Below, piece after piece: positions 19,573-26,959 of a stretch of DNA of 64,000 nt. The number at the start of each line of letters is the position of its first letter. The stretch's first letter is position 1. The position numbers and the translations under genes were made by a program. The notes beneath the pieces were generated by a model. The model made no database searches. It worked only from the letters and a program-made list of their open reading frames with translations, and was not told the origin of the DNA. The stretch comes from Candidatus Iainarchaeum sp. (lineage in GTDB: Archaea > B1Sed10-29 > WALL01 > JAGHAM01), in assembly GCA_021161465.1 (NCBI GenBank), contig JAGHAM010000003.1, positions 2,631 through 66,630 of the forward strand, given 5' to 3'.

Positions 19573-21666
19573 ATGGTTATTGAGAAGGTAAAGAAGAGAG
19601 ACGGACGTGTTGCTGATTTTGAGAAAGTAAGGATAACTAATGCAATCTTCGCAGCGGCTGAGGCAGTTGGGGGCAAGGATTACAAAGAAGCTGAACGCCT
19701 GGCAGATGTTGTTACGGACTTACTAAGCAAGAAATTTAGGAGAACTATACCAACCGTTGAACAGATACAGGATGTAGTGGAGAAGGTCTTAATAGAGGAG
19801 GGCCACGCTAGGACAGCTAAGGCCTATATCCTGTACAGGCAGAAGAGAAAAATACTTAGAGAACTCAAAGCAGAGCTTCTTGACAAACCTGTTGATGATG
19901 TTGACCGTAAGTTGTCAGTTAATGCTTTGAAGGTTTTAGAGAGAAGATATTTGAAGAGAGACAGGAATGGAAAGGTAGTTGAAACACCAAAACAAATGTT
20001 TAGAAGGGTGGCTCATGCAGTCGCCCTTGCAGATACTTTCTACAATGGGGGCATGAAGGATACCGAAAAAGAATTTTATGAGATGATGACTAAGTTGGAC
20101 TTTGTTCCGAACTCACCGACTCTGATGAATGCTGGAACAGAGCTTGGTCAGCTTTCTGCATGTTTTGTGCTTCCTGTTGAGGATTCAATGGAAGGGATAT
20201 TTGAAACCCTCAAACACACAGCCTTGATACATCAATCAGGCGGTGGAACGGGCTTCAGCTTCTCGAGACTCAGGCCTTATGGCGATGTTGTAAAAAGTTC
20301 AGGCGGCATAGCCTCTGGTCCAGTTTCATTCATGAAAGTGTTTGACGCTGCCACAGACGTTATCAATCAGGGAGGCAAGAGAAGAGGAGCAAATATGGGA
20401 ATACTCCGGGTGGACCACCCAGATATAGTGGATTTTATCACAGCGAAAGAGGATACAACGCAACTAACCAACTTTAACATATCCGTTGCAGTCACGAACG
20501 AGTTCATGGAGGCCTCGCTTAAGAACAAAAACTATAAGCTGGTAAACCCCCACTCGAAGAAAGTTGTTAAGGAGTTACCTGCGAGAAAAATCTTTGACTT
20601 GATAATCACGATGGCGTGGAAGAATGGGGAACCAGGAATAATATTCCTAGACAAGATAAATAAGGATAACCCAACTCCATCTATCGGTGAGATAGAGAGC
20701 ACAAACCCGTGTGGCGAACAGCCATTGCTACCCTATGAGTCGTGTAACTTAGGTTCTGTAAATCTTGGCAACATGGTGGAGGATGGTAAGATAAATTGGA
20801 AAAAACTGAAGGATACTGTCTGGAAAGCTGTTCATTTCCTTGATAATGTCATAGATGTAAACAATTTCCCCCTGCCGCAGATAGAGCAGATGACTAAGGG
20901 TAATAGGAAAATTGGCCTTGGCATAATGGGGTTTGCCGATATGCTGATTGCGTTGGGCATACCCTATAACTCAGAGCAGGGTTTGGAGACAGCCAGGAAG
21001 GTTATGAAATTTGTTCAAACAGAGGGCAGGAAAGCCTCGCGACAGTTGGCCAAGGAAAGAGGGCCTTTCCCGAATTGCAGTAAGAGCGTGTACAAGAAGA
21101 ACCCAATTAGGAATGCTACCGTTACAACTATAGCTCCAACTGGAACTATAAGTCTAATAGCAGGCGCGTCCAGTGGTATAGAGCCGTTATTTGCCATATC
21201 TTTCATAAGGAACGTGATGGACAACACAGAGCTGCTTGAGGTGCATCCTCTGTTTGAGAAGATAGCCAGGGATAGGGGTTTTTACTCACCTGCTTTGATG
21301 AAGAAAATAGCCCGTGTTGGCTCCATACAAAATCTGAAGGAAATCCCAAGAGACGTTAGGAGGATATTCGTAACAGCTTTGGATATATCACCAGAGTGGC
21401 ATGTTAAGATGCAGGCAGCGTTCCAGGAGTACACAGACAATGCTGTATCGAAGACCATCAACTTTCCAACTGATGCAACACCTAAGGATGTCGAGAAGGC
21501 ATATATCCTTGCATATAAGCTTGCCTGCAAGGGTATAACAGTGTACAGGTATGGTAGCAGGAAAGGACAGGTCCTTAATATAGGCAAGGTTGAGAGGGAT
21601 GGGGATGTCACAGTAGACGCTGACTTTTCAGGCAAGTTGGGGGAGTGCACGAACTGCAACACTTAG
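19573..21666 (+). CDS. nrdJ: Class II (AdoCbl-dependent) ribonucleotide reductase with N-terminal ATP cone
   Basis: KVKKRDG ATP cone, PNSPTLMN, LSACF, TNPCGEQPL, TIAPTGTIS, C-terminal CTNC. Confidence 0.95.
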   Translation: MVIEKVKKRDGRVADFEKVRITNAIFAAAEAVGGKDYKEAERLADVVTDLLSKKFRRTIPTVEQIQDVVEKVLIEEGHARTAKAYILYRQKRKILRELKAELLDKPVDDVDRKLSVNALKVLERRYLKRDRNGKVVETPKQMFRRVAHAVALADTFYNGGMKDTEKEFYEMMTKLDFVPNSPTLMNAGTELGQLSACFVLPVEDSMEGIFETLKHTALIHQSGGGTGFSFSRLRPYGDVVKSSGGIASGPVSFMKVFDAATDVINQGGKRRGANMGILRVDHPDIVDFITAKEDTTQLTNFNISVAVTNEFMEASLKNKNYKLVNPHSKKVVKELPARKIFDLIITMAWKNGEPGIIFLDKINKDNPTPSIGEIESTNPCGEQPLLPYESCNLGSVNLGNMVEDGKINWKKLKDTVWKAVHFLDNVIDVNNFPLPQIEQMTKGNRKIGLGIMGFADMLIALGIPYNSEQGLETARKVMKFVQTEGRKASRQLAKERGPFPNCSKSVYKKNPIRNATVTTIAPTGTISLIAGASSGIEPLFAISFIRNVMDNTELLEVHPLFEKIARDRGFYSPALMKKIARVGSIQNLKEIPRDVRRIFVTALDISPEWHVKMQAAFQEYTDNAVSKTINFPTDATPKDVEKAYILAYKLACKGITVYRYGSRKGQVLNIGKVERDGDVTVDADFSGKLGECTNCNT

Positions 21667-21674
21667 TGAGAGAG

Positions 21675-22166
21675 ATGATAATCCTTTATACCGGCAATGG
21701 AAAAGGCAAGACCACGGCAGCACTTGGGCTTGCCTTAAGGAATGTTGGGCACGGCAGAAAAGTTGCTTTTATCCAGTTCATGAAGCAATCCAAGAGTGGC
21801 GAGTCAAAGGTTAGCTTGACTGGTTTCGAGCTGAAGCAGTTTGGTAGGGACAAGCTGCTGACGAGAGACACAGTTGAACAGGTTGACAAGGAGCTTGCGA
21901 ATGAGGCTTTGGACTACGCGCGTTCAGTAAAATGTGACCTGCTGGTGCTTGATGAGGTGAATGTTGCCTTGTATTTTGGGTTGATAACTCTCGAAGATGT
22001 GCTGAAGCTTATAGACGAGAAAGAGCGCGAGGGAGTCCTTGTAGTGCTGACAGGCAGATACGCGCCAGATGAGCTGGTTGAGCGCGCTGACATAGTGACG
22101 GAGATGAAGGAAGTTAAGCACGCCTTCAATGAAGGCGTTCCCGCACAGGAGGGTGTGGAATGGTGA
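21675..22166 (+). CDS. cobO: Cob(I)alamin adenosyltransferase (CobA/BtuR/CobO)
   Basis: YTGNGKGKTTAALG, QFMK, LVLDE, LTGR, EVKH. Confidence 0.92.
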   Translation: MIILYTGNGKGKTTAALGLALRNVGHGRKVAFIQFMKQSKSGESKVSLTGFELKQFGRDKLLTRDTVEQVDKELANEALDYARSVKCDLLVLDEVNVALYFGLITLEDVLKLIDEKEREGVLVVLTGRYAPDELVERADIVTEMKEVKHAFNEGVPAQEGVEW

Positions 22167-22612
22167 CAAAAACTGATAAACTATTGCTGGTTGCGGGAGT
22201 TGTTGTGGTTGCCCTAGTAGCCTTTATTCTTGGTGTTTACTACGGTTCTGGGTCTCCTGAGGTTCCTGTAGGTGTTGCGCGTGCTAACTCAACGGTGCAC
22301 CTTATGATTGATTATGGTAACGGAACCGTGTCCAGCTACCATTTTACCCTTAAAGGTGCCAACGCAACGAACACCAGCGCGTATGCTCTTCTGGTCGCAG
22401 CTAGCAGGGAGGATGGGTTCAAGATAGAGCAGGAGAAATATGATTTTGGTTTCCTCGTCACAGGGATAAATGGGGTGCATGGCGGGGACAAGCCGAAACA
22501 CTACTGGCTTTACTGGGTTAATGCTGAATCACCAGACAAGGCCTCGAATGTGTATCTAGTCTCGCCTGGGGATGTCGTAGAATTCAAATATGGTTATGTT
22601 TCATGGTCATAA
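22160..22612 (+). CDS. Membrane-anchored DUF4430 (transcobalamin C-terminal-like) protein
   Basis: N-terminal TM; FGFLVTGING...YWLYWVN...GDVVEFKY. Confidence 0.8.
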   Translation: MVTKTDKLLLVAGVVVVALVAFILGVYYGSGSPEVPVGVARANSTVHLMIDYGNGTVSSYHFTLKGANATNTSAYALLVAASREDGFKIEQEKYDFGFLVTGINGVHGGDKPKHYWLYWVNAESPDKASNVYLVSPGDVVEFKYGYVSWS

Positions 22613-22622
22613 GGTGATTGTT

Positions 22623-23192
22623 GTGAGAATTAGAAAGGAGGATTTTTTCATCGGCGTCGTCTTGGTAGCGATAGCACTCTTTGGGAGGACTGTATTTCAC
22701 ATAGCTCCTAACGTTGAGTTTGTCACTGCAAGTGCACTCTTAGCCGGTGTCTTCATAAAGTCAAGATACTATTGGTTGGTCCCACTCACAACGATGGTCC
22801 TGTCAGATGCCATTATAGGAAACACATTGATATTCGTCTTCACGTGGAGCGCATTCCTGCTCCCAGCTTTCCTTGGCAGGTACATCAAGCAGTGGAAGGA
22901 ATCGCCATTTAAGCTTATGTTCTCAGCAACCACTGGCGGGGTTTTTTTCTCACTACTATTTTTCCTCTGGACAAACTTTGGAGTTTGGCTCCTTGGGTGG
23001 TACCCACCAACTCTAGCAGGCCTCCTCCAGTCCTACATAATGGCCTTGCCATTCCTAAGGCTTAATCTCTTGGGCAACCTTGTGATAGTGCCATCGATGT
23101 TCTTGATAGTTCTTTGCACTCGATCGCTTGTCGTGTCCATCGCTAGATCAGTACAGCATACTAGCTGGGTATCACCTTTCCTTGCTAAGTAA
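22623..23192 (+). CDS. DUF6580-like putative ECF S-component, probably cobalamin uptake
   Basis: PNVEFVTA, LSDAIIG, FFLWTNFGVW, Y..TLAGL.QSY.MALPF; GGTGA SD before GTG 22623. Confidence 0.75.
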   Translation: MRIRKEDFFIGVVLVAIALFGRTVFHIAPNVEFVTASALLAGVFIKSRYYWLVPLTTMVLSDAIIGNTLIFVFTWSAFLLPAFLGRYIKQWKESPFKLMFSATTGGVFFSLLFFLWTNFGVWLLGWYPPTLAGLLQSYIMALPFLRLNLLGNLVIVPSMFLIVLCTRSLVVSIARSVQHTSWVSPFLAK

Positions 23193-23318
23193 TCTCTCTA
23201 TCCTTTCGAGTCTGGCATCTAATTCCCGTATAGCCTCAAGTATCTCTCTATGAGTAGGTTCAGCTGCTTCCATCGGCCCAAGAGGCTCGGGAGGTGTATG
23301 TCTTGGTGGTAGTGGCAT
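23172..23318 (-). CDS. 48-aa Pro/His-rich coiled-coil microprotein (not in ORF track)
   Basis: MPLPPRHTPPEPLGPMEAAEPTHREILEAIRELDARLERIERLLSKER*; perfect SD GGAGGTGA (23333-26) 7 nt upstream; BRE/TATA CGAAAAG-TATATAAA at 23408-23394. Confidence 0.75.
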   Translation of the reverse strand: MPLPPRHTPPEPLGPMEAAEPTHREILEAIRELDARLERIERLLSKER

Positions 23319-23450
23319 ACTTTTCTCACCTCCTTTAATAATCCTAACACGTGTTGTGTCAGAATATTCTATGAAATTCTATACAATTAGATATTTATAT
23401 ACTTTTCGGTAAGTTTTTATATGCATAATCTCATAATTAGATTGAACTAC

Positions 23451-23804
23451 ATGGATATCCATCGGGCACTCTCTAGCAGGATAAGACAGGCGGTTATCTT
23501 GTCACTTGCCGAGAAAAACAAGTACCTAACTGAACTCTCAAACGAGATGGATAAAGCACCACAGACTCTCGATTTTCACCTTAGTATCCTGGAGGACGCA
23601 GGGATAGTTGAGGTTAAATGGGAACATGGGAAGAAATTTTATTCTTTGAAAGACAGAAAGATCTTAAAATACCTACGAGAAGGGGAACCATTACCTTATC
23701 TAATTCACCCAAAACCACCACATGAGATAGTCGTGGAGGCTTGGGAAGATATATCTGAGAGACTGGATAGAATTGAAGCCAAGTTGGATAAACTTCTGAA
23801 GTAG
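23451..23804 (+). CDS. ArsR family HTH regulator with C-terminal coiled coil
   Basis: RALSSRIRQAVI..L....YLTELS...TLDFHL.ILEDAGIV; C-terminal ERLDRIEAKLDKLLK. Confidence 0.85.
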   Translation: MDIHRALSSRIRQAVILSLAEKNKYLTELSNEMDKAPQTLDFHLSILEDAGIVEVKWEHGKKFYSLKDRKILKYLREGEPLPYLIHPKPPHEIVVEAWEDISERLDRIEAKLDKLLK

Positions 23805-23828
23805 AAAGGAAAACAGTGATCTCTTACT

Positions 23829-24083
23829 TTAAACTTTCCCGTTTATCTTTATCTTGTACTTTTTGTATCTGTAGAACCCAAAGAGAAACACAAATGCGCC
23901 AAACAACACAGAGGTTCCACCTATCACCACGACATAGATATTTCCCTCAAAAATCTTTGCCAGCGCTATGCCAAATAGAAGTGATGCTAGCGATGTCCGC
24001 AAATAAGCCAGCAAAGTCCGTTCATTTGCTAGCAGTGTTCTTTGCCTTGCGAGTACGTTGTTTTGGTTTTCTTTTCCTGCCAT
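23829..24083 (-). CDS. DUF202/YidH family membrane protein
   Basis: LANERTLLAYLRTSL motif, two TM segments. Confidence 0.85.
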   Translation of the reverse strand: MAGKENQNNVLARQRTLLANERTLLAYLRTSLASLLFGIALAKIFEGNIYVVVIGGTSVLFGAFVFLFGFYRYKKYKIKINGKV

Positions 24084-24897
24084 TTTTAGTCTTCTCCTTG
24101 GTTTGCTTTTTTATCTTCGCATGCTCGAAGAAGCTTCTTTTAACAAGTTTTACATCCCTTGCCTCAAGCCATAGCTCAAGGCCATCGAGATAATCGAACC
24201 AGTAGACCACCATTCCAGGGCCCCACATTTCTACATATTTGCTTAGCTGTTCCCTGTAGTCACGGCGGATTTGCCTGGTATCACCAAAAGAGCCCTTGCT
24301 TTCAATCCAATATACCAACCTTGGCTTATCCGGGTGGGTCTGGAACTTCACCTTGAATGGCTTGTCCAGTAAGAAGTCCACGGTTTTTGGAAATTTGCCG
24401 CGCAGGTCTTTTTCTGTTCTGTATGTGATGCCCTGTGCATCCAGCCATTTCTGGATGTTCGCTTCACCCTGCTTTCCGCGTTCTCTTTGCAGGGCATTCC
24501 CAACTGTTGAGTATACCATGTCCTTTTCGATGGCATCTTTAATTTCCGTTTTAAGCCGCCTGTCTTTGCAGTTCTCATAGTCTCTCATTATGCTGAGAGC
24601 TTCCTTTTTGGTTAATCCCTTGGCTTTGAGTAGTATCTGAGTCATCATCACAGGCGAGAATTTGTGCTCTCTGGCGAGCTGGGTGAAAGATTTGCCTTTC
24701 TTCCATTCACTGAGCAACTTCTGGCTCTGGTTGCCGACCTGGTAATATTTTCTTTTCACCTCGCGAATGTGCTTCTGTGTGAATATGACAAATAGCAGTT
24801 CCTCGTCGTATTTGCCCTTGTATTTTTTGACCAGGCGCTTCACATCATCATAACAGTCCAGTTCCCTGTAGAGTTTCTTGTATTCTTCAATATCCAT
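24022..24897 (-). CDS. C15orf41/CDIN1 (TPD-domain) PD-(D/E)xK nuclease-like protein
   Basis: PKTVDFLL...WIESKGSFGD...QL..Y...WGPGMVVYWF. Confidence 0.8.
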   Translation of the reverse strand: MDIEEYKKLYRELDCYDDVKRLVKKYKGKYDEELLFVIFTQKHIREVKRKYYQVGNQSQKLLSEWKKGKSFTQLAREHKFSPVMMTQILLKAKGLTKKEALSIMRDYENCKDRRLKTEIKDAIEKDMVYSTVGNALQRERGKQGEANIQKWLDAQGITYRTEKDLRGKFPKTVDFLLDKPFKVKFQTHPDKPRLVYWIESKGSFGDTRQIRRDYREQLSKYVEMWGPGMVVYWFDYLDGLELWLEARDVKLVKRSFFEHAKIKKQTKEKTKNGRKRKPKQRTRKAKNTASK

Positions 24898-24963
24898 TTT
24901 GAATCACTATCTAGGCATAAAATTACGAAGAGGTTTTATTAATTGTTTTTCATAAAAAACCAT

Positions 24964-25566
24964 ATGGAACTGCTTTCTCTAGAACAAGGTGAGTTTTTGG
25001 TCAAACTCGCGCGAAACGCCATCGCAGTATATCTGGCCAAGGGCGAGACCCTCAAGCCACCAGAGCATAGTGCACTTCTGGACGAGAAACGCGGCGTGTT
25101 TTGCACCTTGAAAACTACTGATGATGAGTTGCGTGGGTGTATAGGACTACCTTATCCAGTGAAACCCCTGGCAGAGGCTGTAATCGACGCTGCGGTTTCC
25201 TCCGCTACACGGGACCCAAGGTTTCCACCTGTGGAAGCTCCAGAGCTGGACAATTTAATAGTCGAGCTGACGGTTCTTACGAAGCCTGAAAAAATTGAAG
25301 GTCCGCGCGAGGAGCTACCCAAAAAAGTTGTAGTTGGAAAGCATGGTTTGATAGTGCAGTATGGGTTCACATCAGGATTGCTTCTCCCACAGGTGGCGAC
25401 TGAGAACAATTGGGACTCAAGAGAATTCCTTGATATGACCTGCTGGAAGGCAGGACTGCCAAAAAGCTGCTGGCAGCGCGATGATGTTGAAGTCCTTGCA
25501 TTTGAGGGTCAAGTCTTCAAAGAGGAAACTCCCGGTGGGAAGGTTATTGAAGAGAAAATCAGCTAG
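24964..25566 (+). CDS. AMMECR1 family protein (AmmeMemoRadiSam protein A)
   Basis: RGVFCTL, LRGCIG, DPRFPP, GLLLPQVA, CWKAGL. Confidence 0.92.
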   Translation: MELLSLEQGEFLVKLARNAIAVYLAKGETLKPPEHSALLDEKRGVFCTLKTTDDELRGCIGLPYPVKPLAEAVIDAAVSSATRDPRFPPVEAPELDNLIVELTVLTKPEKIEGPREELPKKVVVGKHGLIVQYGFTSGLLLPQVATENNWDSREFLDMTCWKAGLPKSCWQRDDVEVLAFEGQVFKEETPGGKVIEEKIS

Positions 25567-25596
25567 TTCTCAGCTCTTACACTGGACAGGCAAACC

Positions 25597-25667
25597 AAAA
25601 AGAAAAGTTTAAGTGGGGGCATAGGGGAGAGGAAAATACGCCCCCACTGGCGCCTCAAAGAAGCACC
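25597..25667 (-). ncRNA. Candidate stand-alone small RNA (~70 nt, two hairpins, U-tract)
   Basis: BRE/TATA GGAAAA-TTTATAAA at 25702-25689; stems GGUGCUUC/GAGGCGCC and AGUGGGGGCGUA/UAUGCCCCCACU; UUUUCUUUUU terminator; all three mismatches are G-U pairs only on the minus strand. Confidence 0.65.
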
Positions 25668-25741
25668 GAGTTATTATATGAGCAGTAATTTATAAATTTT
25701 CCTATCTGTTTTGGTGCTTATATCCTTGATAGTCCAGCGGT

Positions 25742-26770
25742 TTAAAACCCCAATAGCAGCAGGACAGCGCCTATGCTTAAGCCAAACACAAGATTGAATG
25801 CCTTGATTAAAAGGGAGTCGTTAAGTGTGTATGAAAAGAGAGGTAACATGCCATGCCCGTCCTGGACGATTGAGCTCGTCAGTAAAACTGAGAAGGGTAT
25901 CAAGCCGCTTGCAAACATGGTGACAAATGCCATGTGTGGCCCTGATTCTGGAATCAACCCAACCAACGCGCTTATGACGAGAACCAGCCAAATGTTTGCC
26001 CTGATAGTTTGGCTGAAGTTCCAGTATTGAAGGCCAAACCCAACAAAAATCAATGCAAACAAGGTCCAGAGGAATACTCTCCATATGTGCTTCTTAATGA
26101 TGTGGTTCAGTATGTGCTCTTCCAGATAATGCTCCGAAGCAGTTGCAGTCATAACTATTGCAATAGTTGACAGGGACAATAAGATGATTCTATCAGGCTC
26201 GTCCCAGCTCTGTGGCCCCCAGGCACCAATGAGGTTCAATGCAATGATTGCAACAAAGGCGAGAACTAGCGCATACCTTGCAGGTGATAACTTTGGGAAC
26301 TCCAGCAGGACAGATGGCTTGAAAGGATTTCTCCCCTTGACTTTGTGCATCTTTTGTAGTCTGCACTCCTTGCATGGTGAGATTTTGAGGAAATTTGCTA
26401 GTTTGTCAGCTAACCAGGCACCGATGATACCTAAACCAAACAAGATTGCAAATAGCATCAATGCTTCCTTTGGGAACATAGCTAGCATGACAAAGGACTC
26501 ATCGCCTGAGGTAGCAATCATCCCTCCAACTATGGCACCAAATGTTATGAGACCATGAACATAGAGGGATACATTCATAAATGCCCCCAAACAACCAGGA
26601 GTGGCACCCAGGAACGAGGCTATGGAATATTGTCGCAGTTTACCTCCCCGTATGGCTTTCTCAAGTTTGCCCCTTGTGACAACATCAAAATAATCGATGA
26701 GGAGCATCATGACGAATACGAAAACCGTTATTATGATGGAGCGGTTGATTATAGAAACTAGCTCAAACGT
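25742..26770 (-). CDS. DUF2899-like putative manganese transporter (start anomalous)
   Basis: LGATPGCLGAF, ATSGDESF, HYLEEHI, GLIPESGPH, SSIVQDGHG; frame extends 20 codons upstream of the tracked ATG at 26710. Confidence 0.8.
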   Translation of the reverse strand, partial: TFELVSIINRSIIITVFVFVMMLLIDYFDVVTRGKLEKAIRGGKLRQYSIASFLGATPGCLGAFMNVSLYVHGLITFGAIVGGMIATSGDESFVMLAMFPKEALMLFAILFGLGIIGAWLADKLANFLKISPCKECRLQKMHKVKGRNPFKPSVLLEFPKLSPARYALVLAFVAIIALNLIGAWGPQSWDEPDRIILLSLSTIAIVMTATASEHYLEEHILNHIIKKHIWRVFLWTLFALIFVGFGLQYWNFSQTIRANIWLVLVISALVGLIPESGPHMAFVTMFASGLIPFSVLLTSSIVQDGHGMLPLFSYTLNDSLLIKAFNLVFGLSIGAVLLLLGF

Positions 26771-26959
26771 CCATCCACACCTCCTTGATGAAATCTTCCA
26801 CTGTGCTCAAAACCATCGGGAACATGAGTTGACTGTGTCGCCATTTCCAGAATACCAGAGTGATAGAAATATGCCTATCCTAGTTTAATAACCTTTTTTC
26901 GCGATGCACAACAGAGCCAATACAAAAGCATAGGGGGTGTTTTAGTTTCTTTTGTTGCC

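Noticed and set aside
25612-25667. Hairpins as a SECIS element for the DUF2899 gene
   Set aside because: No in-frame UGA in the coding frame and no GAA/A archaeal SECIS motif
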